From Tubiluchus corallicola (lineage: Eukaryota > Animalia > Priapulida), in the NCBI GenBank assembly GCA_030141605.1, contig JAQGDQ010000328.1, positions 134,843-198,842 on the forward strand: a stretch of 64,000 nucleotides of DNA, given 5' to 3'. Below are positions 1-13,407 of this stretch, piece after piece. A program made the translations under genes and the position numbers. A model generated the notes under the pieces. That model was not told the origin of the DNA and searched no databases. It worked only from the letters and a program-made list of their open reading frames with translations. Each line of letters opens with the position of its first letter. Positions within the stretch are counted from its first letter, which is position 1.

Positions 1-829
1 CTATCTTTTATGAAATTTATTGCCTCAGTACAAACTTTCGTAGTACTCAGTCGCACACAAATTGATGACACAAAATATGCAGTAAAAAATTCAGTCGAAT
101 CTCACTTAAATCCCCAATACCTTTATTTAGATAGACAAAAATAACTCCAATATTTTTTAGCAAAACAAAAGTCCATATTTGCATAGACATGTATGCATTA
201 ATGCGCCTCGTTATAACGGAAAATTTGCTTAATGCCAACTTTTTCGCAGTCCCAAAGTAGGTGATACAAAGAGGTTAGAGCTGCAGCTTCAGCAACACTT
301 AAATCAGTCAAACCTATTTCTGACGTTTGCATGAAAAACACCAGGGCTAAAAGGAAAAACCAAAAATTGATGTTCCATATTCTTTCTTAGATTTTGCTGT
401 GAGTTAGCCAACTTGTTATCTTGTTTCCACCATTTCTTCTTTTTCATTGACTTTGTTCACAAAAAGTTCCTTTAGCCAACGTCTACGAGTAACTAATACG
501 TCTAAGACTGCAATGCACTGCTGATGAGGGGAACAGACAACTGGTTACGAAGTGCATTTATTAATCAAAGTTAAATACAGCTGAAGTTGGTCAGTTAGCA
601 GATGGGTGACTGCGTGGAAAACTGCCTTTGCGTGGTTCTACTAGGTCTGTACTCTAGTGAGGATGTAAACAACTGGCCAAGATATTTCCGCCATTTTGCA
701 GACAGAGAAAAGACCTTCACCCGGTGTCTTTTCATACAAACACTCTCGGCTCCACTGTTGGCAAAACCATGTATATAAAACAGATCATGCCAAAGAATGC
801 TAGATCTCAGCTTTCAAAAAACAACTTAC

Positions 830-1165
830 TTCCACATTTCGTAGTAAACTCCGCAGGTGGTGACGGGGCGCCCTCTCCGGTTTCACCTGTTATGATATCA
901 GACACTATACTGACATACACACTGTACGTCACCTCAAGAGCAAGTCCTGTTAAATCGCACGTGTACGTTTCCTGATCCGTCGCCGTTACTTCACAAGCCG
1001 TAACCTCTTCAGCAACTCCGACTTCATTGTAACGCACGATGTACGTCAGCGGAGTTCCTTCCCCATTATCACTGTTGGGGTCCCATTCATTCCAACTCAC
1101 AGTTGCAATATAGGCATTTATATCTTCGTCGGCCAAAGTTGGAGCAGCGCTAAAACTGGGAAACT
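830..1165 (-). CDS. Gene A exon 9: fibronectin type III domain; gene continues beyond the left edge
   Basis: tttcag acceptor and gtaag donor, 336 nt, phase 1-1. EFPSFSAAPTL...ATVSWNEW...YIVRY...CDLTGLALEVTYSVYVSIV...GEGAPSP...TTKCG shows the FN3 W, Y and LxxxxxY pattern. Confidence 0.85.
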
Positions 1166-2249
1166 CTGAAATTAAAATGTAAATTCTAATATAAACTTTA
1201 ACTGGATATGCAAATGACTGGAGGGGGGTCAAATACGCAAACGACATACAAAATTTAGTTTTCAAAATTTAGCATCCTCCTCTACTACAGCGGGGTGGCG
1301 CTGAAGCTGGGATATTCTAGAAGACAGAATATCATCCGCTAAATGTTCTTATTTCAACGCAACTAACCAAAAATAGAGCAAACCATAATATTTTCAAATG
1401 CAAGTTTGATTATGCAAAGTATATGACCTTAGCAAAATTATATTCATCTTAAACTTTACGTGTCATTTTAATAAAAATTGGGAAATTTATAACAATTTAT
1501 TACAGAAAAAACTGTTCACAACCTCTTTGTGCAACTGGTTGGTGACATCGACGTTGATGAAGTCAAATTAACCAAATAAAAGAGTTACAGTATGACACCT
1601 TGAAAGCATGGCTTGTTAAGGTGGCACAAAGGAGTAAATGAAAAAATGGTTAGGGTTAGTAGACATGATGGAATGGAAAAAATAGTAAGATTAGGGATAG
1701 GAAGAAGGAAAAGAGGAGAAGAAACGACCACAGTGCATGTTTAATTTACTTACAGGTATATTAAAATAGCATTATAATTGATTGGAGGCCATATATTGCG
1801 ACTGAATGAGATATGGAACCATTAAAATTGTATTATAAGTATGAATCAATAATGGCCCTTTTCAAGTACTTTTTGAAACTATAAATAGTTTTGTGTATTT
1901 TTACTGGGGCACTTATTTTATTCCAGTTATTGGGGGCTGTGAATTTAATAAAGTGCCTGGCACTATTAGTACGACAGTAAGGGACACGATATTCGGTGAA
2001 CCTTGTAAAGTAATGTTTAGGATTTGCTGTAATGGGATTTGCAAAGGAACTGCATACGGAATATTATGGCTTCAGTTTCCTCCATTAGTTTCAAGATCTA
2101 ACTCTAGCGGAAAAATAACATTATTTAAACTTTGCAGCAAATTTATGAGCCTTGAGCGATTCGTAGATACCGTACTTAAACAGAAAACTTTGAAAATCCA
2201 AATAAGAGCCAAGCAACATAACTAGATCCGCAAAAAAAGCAAAAATTAC

Positions 2250-2444
2250 CTATGCCTGTGGAGTATACACTCATGTGCTCTCCATTTCCACCTCCGCAGA
2301 ATTCCAAATAGCTAGTGAACCGCACGCGAGTGGAGCCGGAACATATCGTGTCGCATGATTCGTCGGCCACTTTGTCAAATTCCGCGTCGTCCAACAATCC
2401 GCAGCCGCAGGTGTTGTAGTTGATCATGAAGGCGTGGTGATATC
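2250..2444 (-). CDS. Gene A exon 8: C-terminal half of WSC domain 5
   Basis: cag/gtaat boundaries, 195 nt, phase 1-1. GYHHAFMINYNTCGCG...CDTICSGS...FCGGGNGEHMSVYST. Confidence 0.85.
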
Positions 2445-2792
2445 CTGCCAGGTAAATGAGATCTTCATCAAAAGCAGGTAGACGTAATGCAAACTTTGTT
2501 AATTAATTATTACTAATTAATCTTTCAATCACATAGAAATTCGTATACATTCGTTACAGGAAGACAGGATGATTTTTCATATACTACAACATTTTCAAGC
2601 ATGATAAAAAGTATACATCTTAACACAATTAATACTGCAAAACACTTTGAACAAAAACAGGTTGTCTAGAAAATGTATAATAAGGTTTCGTTGACTTTCA
2701 TCATAAACACTAAGTGATGTTTATGTTGTCTTGTTGAACTAACTTCCTCTTTCTTAGTTCATATCCGGTATAATTGCAACTATTCGTCAATA

Positions 2793-2998
2793 AATCTAAT
2801 CTAATCTAATCTAATCAAATCTAATCTAATCTAATCTAATCTAATCTAATCTAATCTAATCTAATCTAATCTAATCTAATCTAATCTAATCTAATCTAAT
2901 CTAATCTAATCCAATCCAATCCAATCCAATCCAATCCAATCCAATCCAATCCAATCCAACCCAATCCAATCCAATCCAATCTAATCTAATCTAATCCA
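2793..2998. repeat. (CTAAT)n/(CCAAT)n pentanucleotide microsatellite
   Basis: Directly visible. Confidence 0.95.
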
Positions 2999-3196
2999 AG
3001 CTCTATAAAAAATTCATACAAATTGTTCAGCAACATCAATTTCAACATAGAATAGGTTTGCGCATGCATCAGAACAGCGCAAAACAATTCAGAAGCACAT
3101 TATTGCAGTTTTAGGGAATAGGGAATAACTAATGCAGGGCACCACATCATTTTCCACCTTGGCAAGGTAACAGAGAAGGTACAAAACTAACTGTCT

Positions 3197-3643
3197 CAGG
3201 ATTCCCACAGAATTTTAAAATAAATTTCCCTGTATTTTCCCTAACAAAATATTGATTTTCCATGACCAAGATAAGCAGAAATTGCATCACCAGTATACAT
3301 AATCATACATTTTTCTGTATGAACATTCATAGATATACTGATAATAATGTGTCGGCCAATCATTAATTTTGGAACAGAAATCTAAACTGGGAGCCTGCCA
3401 TAGCAAAATTTTACTTCAACACGAATCACTGAAAAATACGTTTGGAAAAACGTCGGTTCACAGTGATTATTTTTGCAACCCTTTCCAATTTCCCTGACTC
3501 CCCCCCCCCATTTTCCCAAATGTTCCTATCATTTTCCTGACTTTTTTTACCAAATTATCTTTTCCCTGACTTCTCCATGACTTTCCAGGATAGTCTGTAT
3601 TTTCAAGGATTTTGTAGGACTTTTCCTGACTGTGGGAACACGG
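3197..3643. mobile_element. MITE with cagg.ttcccacag-type TIRs
   Basis: caggattcccacag / ctgtgggaacacgg ends with subterminal ttccctga repeats; no clear target duplication. Confidence 0.55.
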
Positions 3644-3685
3644 CTGTGTACAACTGGTACGTGAAAACAACACGAGAGATAATAC

Positions 3686-3826
3686 CATTTTCTCGGCAAC
3701 GAGGAACGCACATCTCTGGATGAACTGTAGCCAGCGTCAGACTAAGATCTTGATAACGGTTATTGTTGGGTCTATTCGCAGCGCTATTCTTCAGCGTGTA
3801 ACAACCAACAAGTTCTCCAGCATCCA
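3686..3826 (-). CDS. Gene A exon 7: N-terminal half of WSC domain 5
   Basis: cttcag/gtatt boundaries, 141 nt, phase 1-1. VDAGELVGCY...HPEMCVPRCREN. Confidence 0.85.
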
Positions 3827-4778
3827 CTGAAGAGAAAAAAGCAAAGATTAGAACAAAATTGTGAGTTGATGGCATTTTCAACTGAGAAATCTTTTACTTA
3901 AAGGAAGAGCGTATGATTTTTCATACACTACCCCATTTTCAAATCCGGCAAAAAGTATGCATTTGAACACCAATAATACTGCAAAAAGCATTTCAGATAA
4001 TTAAATAATAGATTAAAATCTTAATTAATGGCGGGCAAGCGTAACTATTAATGACACCGCAAACTAACACAATTTTCAACAGCAAAAATGTTCAAAGAGC
4101 GTGTTGCATGGGTTTGCGAACCGAAAATTGAACTACAGTGCTACTGCAAGATATTTTGTGTTGTAGTAAAACTAGGCAAGTTTTAAGATAAAAATTCAAA
4201 TTTTAAATTTACTGGTGTGCTCACGCACATCTGCAGTGAAAGGTACAGCACCTGTTTTTGTGTTTCCGAAATGCAGGCGCTAGTGCCCGTCTAGCTAGCA
4301 AACGGCGAAATTCATGTAACAGCGAAGAACTAGTGGCGTGAACGTGAAATTGTGTTTGTGTTTGTGTGGTAATAATTCTTCCATGTAAGCCGTTTTTGAA
4401 AAAATAGTATATTTCCTTTCAATATTTTAAACGAGTAGATTGTTTGTCCTACAGTTTAAGAAAGTTCGGGTTTTGTGTTAACAAAGCGTTGATAAACTTC
4501 GTTAATTAATGCTAACAGAGAGCTGTCAGGTACAAGACTTCACATTTTATAGCATTCAAAGATATGTTCAAGTTTCTAACTCTTACTACAGCCGACTTAA
4601 TGCTTCCATCAATAACGACATCACTAATTTAAACCACAAAATTCATTGTCTTTTTGAAACAATAGTGGTGATGGTTTTTATGAATGTTTTAAATACAGTT
4701 CTATTGTAATTGCAAAACTGTGAAAGCCATTTTCGTATTGTAAATATAATGGAGAATCGTTAGTTTATTATTTTAATA

Positions 4779-5219
4779 CAGTAAACTCCACTTAACTCAA
4801 AATCACATAACTCAAATTTTCGCTTAACTCAAAGAATTTCAGTTTGGAACGGATCAAATCCTTCGTTTTTCCAACAAAAACGTCGTTTAACTCAGAATAT
4901 ATAACTCAAAATTTTGCCAAACTCAAATAAAAAAATCATGGTCTATTTACTTCACCTAACTCAAAAATGCAATTTATATTCTAGAAACATAAAAATTTCG
5001 TACAACTAAAACACAGTATCGTCTTTCAGGAAAGGTCTGATATCTTACAAATCCAGTGACCATATTATTTTTTCCGGAATTGATCGGAAAAGTCTCAATC
5101 GGCAATGTGAAAACAATCACTCTGTTGTCATTGTCTGTTCGAATTCAGTGTCTAACTCAAAATATCGCCTAACTAGTTTTTTTCGGTCCAGTCGGGTTTG
5201 AGTTACGTGGAGTTTACTG
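4779..5219. mobile_element. Tc1/mariner (pogo/Tigger-like) MITE
   Basis: TIRs cagtaaactccacttaactc / gagttacgtggagtttactg with TA on both sides. Confidence 0.8.
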
Positions 5220-5357
5220 TATTTTACTTTAATATTATAGTGCTTATTATTTTGTTTAATCAAGTATGAGATTACATAAGATGTCTGCATTCACGTATAC
5301 AGTACATGCATAAGACTCATTTAAAACAGCATTCTGTTTGCATTTCTCTTTAATTAC

Positions 5358-5536
5358 CTCCAGTATAATAAATCTGATTTGCTTCCAAACCGCCACATGT
5401 CTCTCCCGGGTCCTCACACGGTTCGTTACACGGTTGCACAGCCGCACCGAGCGTGCCATATACGTTTCCACACCGGCACTCTACCCCTGTCGACTCGTTG
5501 AACACGCCCAGGCCGGCATAAGTAAAGAATTCATCC
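5358..5536 (-). CDS. Gene A exon 6: C-terminal half of WSC domain 4
   Basis: ttctag/gtaat boundaries, 179 nt, phase 2-1. DEFFTYAGL...ECRCGN...CNEPC...TCGGLEANQIYYTG. Confidence 0.85.
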
Positions 5537-5738
5537 CTAGAAAAGGTGAACAGCCACACTTTAAGCAACAAACTGCTTCCGAAACAGAAAAACAAATGAC
5601 AAATTCACAGCAAGACAAAGAAAAAACTGCTTAAAAGAATGAAAGAAAAGAAATTTTAATCAGCTCTTTAAATTGCAAATTTTAACTGTTATAGACTGCA
5701 AGAACACATCCTCCTCCTCCTCCTCATCATCATCATCG

Positions 5739-5781
<43 letters not shown>

Positions 5782-6045
5782 ATGAATTTACAAATGCACC
5801 GTTTCTAGCCAGAAAAGTGGGTACAGGGTTATAAAATCAGATTTTTTGGTATTTTTTGAACATTTTCTTGACAAGCGATGAAATTTTTGGTGCATTCTAC
5901 TTTGAGACATCATAATGTAATTTTAACTGTGCCGACTTATCGACGGTTTTGTTTTGCAAGCAGACACATATATATATATATATATATATAAATACAAAAC
6001 TAGAGCAATAAAATATGAGTGAAGTAATCATGTAAGCAAACGTAC

Positions 6046-6178
6046 CGACAAGCCGTCTTACACGCTTCACTACCACTTGATGAATTTCCATCAGAAGGAG
6101 ACCAGGTTAAATCAAAGCTATCATCAGCATCCACGGCTTGCCAACATCCTCGCATACTTGCATCTGCATCCTTCAGTT
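6046..6178 (-). CDS. Gene A exon 5: N-terminal half of WSC domain 4 (not in the ORF track frame)
   Basis: ctcaag/gtacg boundaries, 133 nt, phase 1-2, matching the phase-2 acceptor of exon 6. KLKDADASMRGCWQAVDADD...EACKTACR. Confidence 0.8.
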
Positions 6179-6378
6179 CTTGAGAACAAATTTTTAATGT
6201 CAGTAAAAGTGCAAAGATAATTTACAAATTCCATGTTTTCAGCATCAACTTCATAACTTTTTCCTTCTATTTTACTCAGTCAACTATTATTTCTGCATCT
6301 ACAGCAACATGAGACTAGGTTGTGCCAATATGGGCAAATTCAAACAGAGAATCATGTAATAGCTGAGTGTCCATTAAC

Positions 6379-6379
<1 letters not shown>

Positions 6380-6440
<61 letters not shown>

Positions 6441-6608
6441 GTAATAATAATAATAATAATAGTAGTAGTAGTAATAATAATAATAATAATAATAGTAATA
6501 GTAATAATAATAATAATATCAATTATCATCATCATCATCATCGCCATCACCATCATCATCATCAATATTATTACTATTATTATTATTATTATTATCATCA
6601 TCATTATT
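6380..6608. repeat. Compound (TAA)/(TAG)/(CAT)/(TAT) microsatellite
   Basis: Directly visible; follows a short LINE-like zinc-knuckle remnant (RLCQYGQIQTENHVIAECPLT, 6315-6380). Confidence 0.93.
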
Positions 6609-8300
6609 AATCATTCTCAAAGTAAAATGGCGAAAAAATGGCAATCAGCTTTCTCAATAGCAATATTTTCGGCAATCACATTAAGAATCACAGTACAGGT
6701 AACCTGCCTAATCTGTCCCACACTCTCAAGTTCATGAAACAGATTTTCATGGCTTTTCACTCCATAATACTTACTCTGACACAGGATGTAAATCCAGAAA
6801 ATGTTGTTAGCAGGCACTGAAACAACGTCAAAACTGACACACAGGTGTCATGTCCATGCAATGGACCAGCAGATTTGGGTTGTATTGTTTTGCCTGCGTT
6901 CACCTCTAACCTAACTAAATCAACGGTTTTATTTACACTACGCAGAAGATAAATTGTGGATGTTCTTAATCTGTTTTCCGCCTTTGACAACTTTCTCCAT
7001 TTATATCTCCATTAACACTGCAGGTAAATATGTGGATTTATTTTGCATCGTGTGTCAATAGAAGCACACTGTAAGATCCCCAACAGGTAATGGAAAGTGC
7101 CCTGTAAGGGCTGTGCTCTATGTCTGTAATGTCTAAGCATTGTGATGGGAGGGGTATATATTCTGTTTACATGCCAAAATAACTCCAATCTTTGGACTGA
7201 GCTCTGAGTAGGCCTGTAACAACACATGGATTAATCGATGCATATCTGCCAAAGTGCACCCCTATCATGAAAATCTGAGTCAATAATATTTAGCAAACTA
7301 GCTTGCGCTTAAACCGCATGCTAATAAAAACAATGTGAAGTAATCTAAATTGCAGAGAGATGGTATGAAAAATTTGTACTGCTTTCCTTTAATACAATGT
7401 AAGCTAGAAAAATCTCACTTGGTCACTGAAGCCAAGTTTCTGTTTCAAATGCTTAACTCACTTTATCGTTATGTTATTTGATCAGCGCATTTCAGCTTGT
7501 TAGAATATTTTTACTACGCCGTTTCTTTTGAGAAACCCTGCACAAACGTTTCTGGGTCACTGGCTGTCGAATTTTTATTCCTAAGCGGTGTATTTTTCAT
7601 GTAGAGAAGCTGAAGTGTGGTGAGAAAGGTCAGTAGAGTGTACACTAGATACCTCTCAATCAGTGCAGTGAGCAATAGTTGACTTGACACAGGCAATGCT
7701 GGCAGCCAAAGTGATGAAGATGCAAGGTGTTTAATGTGCAGTAGGCTAATAACATTGCTTACATACAAACTTGTTAAAATGGCAAAAATGAACCAAAAAT
7801 ACACAAGCAAGTTTTAAAGTTAAGTACTGATGAGTTTTGCTTTTCTGGTCATCTTCCAACGTAAACAATAACCCAAACATTATACTAGTTATAAATAAAA
7901 ACAAAACAGTTTGCAGAATTATTTTAGCATTTAGCAATTTTAAAACTGTTGACTGACAAACATGTTTAGCGTTTATTATTGACAGATTCATATAGTTTCT
8001 TTGCAAATATTGCAAACGTTAACTCAGGTGTATCGTGATACACAGCGTATCGTGAGGTTAGTATCCTGATTTGTATCGTATAATGACCACCATGTATCAT
8101 TACGACCTTAGCTCTGAGATCAGAACACTGGAGATAAGTATGGAAAGTGCAGTACCTGTACAGGTCTTACGCGTTGTCTTACTGTTTATATAAGAACGGG
8201 AGCTAAAAGGCACAGGAAGAGCAGAGTATTTTCTGCTTATTGTAAATGCGGTTAAAGATGACAAATTGGCACAAGTCTGTCAACAAATCTGCCTACTTAC

Positions 8301-8603
8301 TATCAGTGCTGTACACGTTGACTGCGTCGTGACCACCGCAAGTGTTTGTCACAGATGATTCGCAAAGAAATTCGCAATTGTTCGAAATACCGAAGTTGCC
8401 GAAGCCATTACCGCAGTAACATAGCTGCTCGTTGCTCAACGTGTCGTGGAAGGCCGCGGAAAACATGTATTCGGACAAAGTACACTCATCACGGCACAGC
8501 GTGTGAAAGCTCGTGTCGGCCGAGGGTCCTGGAAACACTTGCAAGGGAAACTCAGTTTCGTCGAAGTTGAAGCAGCCGTCGAAAGCTACGCCATCATTAA
8601 ATC
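8301..8603 (-). CDS. Gene A exon 4: WSC domain 3
   Basis: ttcaag/gtaag boundaries, 303 nt, phase 1-1. FDGCF...LCRDEC...YMFSA...CYCGN...CEFLC...CGGHDAVNVYST. Confidence 0.88.
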
Positions 8604-10679
8604 CTTGAAAAAAAATTACAGACATGATTAAGCAAAGACGCTGTGATCGAATAAGCATTTATTGATTAACAATGTCCACAGAAAGTAATGTAAAAGAATT
8701 GAGATCCATTCCGGAAGCAAAAATCAGTGCTGCTTAAATCACATACAAAAAGTCATACATCAAACGTTTTATGAGTTTTATTCATATTTTTACTAATTAA
8801 TTTCTTTCTGTTTCTTTGAAACCACATATCTTTTTTACCAATACCTAGCTAGACTTGCTAGCAGTCTTTTGAAGCCTGTTTATACACAGTTAGCAGTTAA
8901 ACACTGACTATGGAAAGCCAAGCCCTACATGAAGCGACCTTAAGACAATTTCAGGAAGTACTAACCCGGTTATTACAGCAACAAGTTGCAGACAAAATTC
9001 TTTGGCATAAAGTTTTAAACTCAGGTGCCTGGAGGTGTATAAATTGGCAAACTAATCTTGCTTGATTCAAACCGCTAAAATTTAGTATGTAGTCAGTCGG
9101 GAAGCAAAAGCAATATAATAATTGCACTGTTTAGGTTACTCATGCGTTTTCAGAACAAAATTCTGCTTTGTACCACTTTAGTACTTCAAATTACTTAAAA
9201 AAAGATCTTCATAAAATGAAAATTGATTTTGTGCAAAGCAAAAAAATCGTTGTTAAAATGAAACATGCATCGTTAAGTGAGAAAAAGGTGACAAATGTTC
9301 AGCGTTGTTAAAACGAAACGTCATTGAAAGGGGAGTCGTTAAGCGAGGGTTTACCGTAAAAACATCTCACTGAACCGACAATCAGCTGTTATCAGTTCAA
9401 GAAGAATATCTGCAGAAACTGAAGGCCAAAGAAACCTATTCAAAAGTATCATCAAAAATGACGATGATGCGAAATAATAACTTGAAGAGTCACAACCTGC
9501 ACTAGACGAAGTAACAAGTGAAAAGCTAAATAAGCACGAAGGACTAAACAAATCCAGGTTGAGTCACAGGTAAAACATCACACCTAAAAAGCCACAGAAA
9601 AAAATCACAGGAAAAAATAACCGTAACCCCAATCCTAACTATAACCCTAACCTTAGCCAAAATTAACTGTGACTTTTCACCTGACCAAAATTATAACTTT
9701 TCTCCACGACTTTATTACCAGTCACCGACTAAACACCACTGGACTTTAACTACGCAGTAAACACTCATGTGGTAATAAACATGTCTGTTGTACATGGTTA
9801 CTGATCCTCTCAAAATGAGAGTACGCAGGCAGTAACACAGCCTGGCTGTTTTCTCGGGGAAAAAACACACAGGAAACCATGCAAGGCACAGTAAACACAA
9901 CACAAGAATGCACGTATAAACAATACTGGTGGTCAGTGACTGACGGGCACCAAGGACCCTAATGAGTCCTACATTCATTGAATCTTCATCAACCTGAGGT
10001 CCTGGTCCAGATATATATACCAGCGTAACCAGGACGGATCAGGCATTTGGTTATAGCACATTATATTCATTATAGTCATTATATTCAAAATCAGTTGTTG
10101 CGAGATCTACTGTTGTTATAGGGTCACTGATTTCTCTGTTTTTTTCTGAAATATTTCCTGCTTCCTATTTTGTACAAACTATCACCACTAGGATACTAGG
10201 GTACCTCATGAATGTCACCTAGTTAAAAAAGCTTCATGATTCAGTGAAGCGCTTTTGCTGTTAAAAAAGGTAAAGAAATGCTGACACAAAAAGCAGTAAG
10301 CTTCAGGAAGTCACTCTGTAAACACTCTGTCTTTCATGCACTCTGTTTCTGGTGAAGCAGACTTTAAACTGCTTCAAAGTTTAGCTAACTGGAAATAGTT
10401 ATCTCTTATGGTTTATATCTCTTATCAAAGTGTTATGGTTGGAACAGTGAAAACAGAAAAGCGATCTATCTTAAAATAAACAGACTTGAGCTCTAAACCA
10501 GCAGTTCAATGCATCTCTACCAACGCAATGCACTACAAAACGATCATGGAAGAGAACCGTTACAAAAGACTACAATAACACTGTAATGCGTATCGGAAAG
10601 AAGGAGAGCCAATAAAAGCTACTCAACTTATTTTAAGGAATTTGCAAAAGTAAAAGAAATATTCGGTAAGCATGCTCAC

Positions 10680-10973
10680 CCGACTCATACACAGCTATAC
10701 TATCTGCATCCTCCCCGCCGCAGTAATCACCGCTGTTATCACCGCAAAGTAGATTACACGGTCCTGCTGCAGCCTCATCCTTGCCGAACTTGTCACGGCA
10801 ACCGCACTTGACACCGTTCTCGGCTCTCCAAAGAAAAGCGAAAGCAGACTGAACACTGTTTAGACCCCGACACAGGTTAGAACATGTCTGTACCGTAGGA
10901 CTGGCGATGTTTTGCTCGTCAACAGATATGTCTTGCCAGCATCCTCGGAACTCGGCTCTCGCCCCGTCAAACA
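10680..10973 (-). CDS. Gene A exon 3: WSC domain 2
   Basis: ttgcag/gtgag boundaries, 294 nt, phase 1-1. FRGCWQD...TCSNLC...CGCRD...CNLLC...YCGG...IAVYES. Confidence 0.88.
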
Positions 10974-11013
10974 CTGCAAGGTAAAATGGTTTAATAAGGT
11001 AATTTGTTCAGTG

Positions 11014-12168
11014 CAGTAAGTCCTCACTTAATGATGTCAATGCGATCCAGCAAAATGCAACGTTAAGTGAAATGTCGTTAAACGAAGCTTAAACTTCCAT
11101 TGAAAGTAATGTAAAAGAATTGAGATACGTTCCAGAGACAAAAATCAATACCAGGGGTGTGCAAATTATCTGACTAGCTGGGCCACATTAAACTTTCCCG
11201 CAATTCCTGCGGGCCACAGGCAGTTTAATGAAGGAGCCAAGTACAGAAAGGTCTAATAACGATTTTTTTTCATCCGACCTGCGCACATCATTACTACTAC
11301 ACTCAAGAAACTATATTAGAAGTTATTAAAATTTATATTACAAAACATATATTTCTACTTTCAGGACAAATAGTGGTAATTTCATTACAATGCATATTAG
11401 TAATGTGTATCACACAGTCTGTGTAATACAGTGACATTAAGCTACAACCGTCTTGTAAGGGTTAATGGCATCCGATCTAGTAGAAAAAACTACCCGCACT
11501 ATCTTTGGGATTGTGGCACGGACTTCAGCTGGATACACTCAATTAATCGCCCGGGTCGCACTTTCATTAGGTTGACAAATCTCTTAGCGGGCTGCACAAA
11601 TTCTCTCGGCGGGCCGCAAGTTGCACACCCCTGATCAATACTGCTATAAGTTAAACATTCTATGAGTCTTATTCATATTTCTATTGATTGATGTCTTCTT
11701 GTTTGCCTGAAACCACCTATATACTTTACTTACCAATATCTAGTTATAGCGGTTTCTCTTTCGTTAATGATAGGCAAGTCAGCGCTTGAACAATAAGCAC
11801 TGCAGAGTCAAGCCGTGGGGTGACCTTGGGAATGTTACCTACATACTTAGGTTAAAGGCAAAATTGCTCGCTGCACACAAACTGCTAGTAATACAGTGGT
11901 AGCGTCAGTAGTCAGCCGGAAAGCAAAAACGTATCATAATTACACTGTTTACATTACTAATGAATTTTCAGAACAGAATAATGCAATACGTGCTGTTTTT
12001 ATGCATCAAATTAGGTACAAATTTTCCTAACCAAATAAAAATTTGCCGAAGTAAAAAAATTGTTGTTAACGCAAAATGTGCGTTGTTAAGTGAAAAAAGG
12101 TGTCAAATGATCGGCGTCGTTAAAACGAAACGTCACTAAATGGGGAGTTGTTAAGCAAGGACTTACTG
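11014..12168. mobile_element. Tc1/mariner-like MITE carrying a nested hAT MITE; partial related copy at about 8680-9356
   Basis: TIRs cagtaagtcctcacttaa / ttaagcaaggacttactg; internal sequence matches 8680-9356. Confidence 0.75.
11152..11633. mobile_element. hAT-type MITE
   Basis: 13-bp TIRs caggggtgtgcaa / ttgcacacccctg and an exact 8-bp target duplication atcaatac. Confidence 0.88.
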
Positions 12169-12567
12169 TATACAAATATCTCACATATAACAGGCGTATA
12201 AAAATTCTAGAAGTTTCTACTACCTCACAGAATTTGATCTAAGCAATTATCAACTTTGATTTGCTACTCATTTAGTACTGAGCATACAAACTAAATGCAA
12301 GACGGTGTGTCTTCAATCCAAACACAGTAATACTAGAATAGCTATATGGCACTAGTCTATTAATTAATATAGAAAGTGCCAGAAAAAGTCATCACATAGT
12401 ATACAAGCATAATATGTCTTGCTTAAGAAAAATGCTTATTTAAATCATTTGTATCTCCCGCAAAAAATGCAAACTTGCTGCAAGTTGATTTCCTGTCTAC
12501 CGTGAACGCCTCGGCAAATTACTCTAGACACATCACGGAATGAATAGAAAAGAGAGTGATAGCTTGA

Positions 12568-12965
12568 ACTTACTGTCTGAGAGTAACTCGCAGCAGATTT
12601 TGCTCTCTAGTCTGAAAATGCTATTAGTCTAGTACACGATGAAAATTAACGTTATTACATTATTACTTCACAAAATTAATTACATTTAATCAAAACTGAC
12701 AACCTTGCACTTACTGTCTGAGAGTAACTCACGGCAAGTTTTGCTTTCTAGTCTGAAAGTGCCATTAGTCTAGTACACGATGAAAATTAACGTTATTACA
12801 TTATTACGTCACAAAATTAATTATATTTAAACAAAACTGACAACCTTGCACTTACTGTCTGAGAGTAACTCACGGCAAGTTTTGCTTTCTAGTCTGAAAG
12901 TGCCATTAGTCTAGTACATGATGAAAATTAACGTCATTGCATTATTACGTCACAAAATTAATTAA
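12568..12965. repeat. 141-bp tandem repeat, about 3 copies
   Basis: acttactgtctgagagtaactc recurs at 12568, 12709 and 12850. Confidence 0.9.
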
Positions 12966-13104
12966 AACTGACACTGCCATTAACATAATGCACAAGTGAA
13001 ATGACAATCGCATATTAAACGAAAAGTTACTACACTAAAGCAAAGGTTCCAGCAATCTCACAGAGACCTTCCCAACTCCAAAGCTATTAAAGCTGGTGTC
13101 ATAC

Positions 13105-13407
13105 CTCCAGTGTTATAAATAGCATACGAAGCAGCATTCAACCCGCAGAAGAACTCAACATGCGGATCAACGCACGTGCCGCACTCCAGATCTGTGCGAC
13201 TGCGTCCGTACGAGTTACCGCAGTAACATTGGAACTCCTCCGCCGAGTAGACACTTCCCGACACCGCCGCTAGAGGATATCCTCTAGATGCACAAGAATC
13301 GGTGCAGTCTGGTGGATTCGTGGAGTTATCACTGGCTGACAAGATTGTGCTTTCCGTTGGTGCATAGCAACCAATGTACGTATATTCCTGACCAAGCACT
13401 ACAGCTT
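13105..13407 (-). CDS. Gene A exon 2: end of signal peptide and WSC domain 1
   Basis: tttcag/gtatg boundaries, 303 nt, phase 1-1. EAVVLGQEYTYIGCY...CTDSCASRGYPLAAV...CYCGN...CGTC...FCG...AIYNTG. Confidence 0.88.

Noticed and set aside
505-625. Hammerhead-like ctgatgag...gaa core followed by faint 5S box-like sequence (aagttaa...gatgggtgactgc)
   Set aside because: The GAAA core is incomplete and stems are poor; at most a decayed repeat. An Infernal search with hammerhead and 5S models would settle it.
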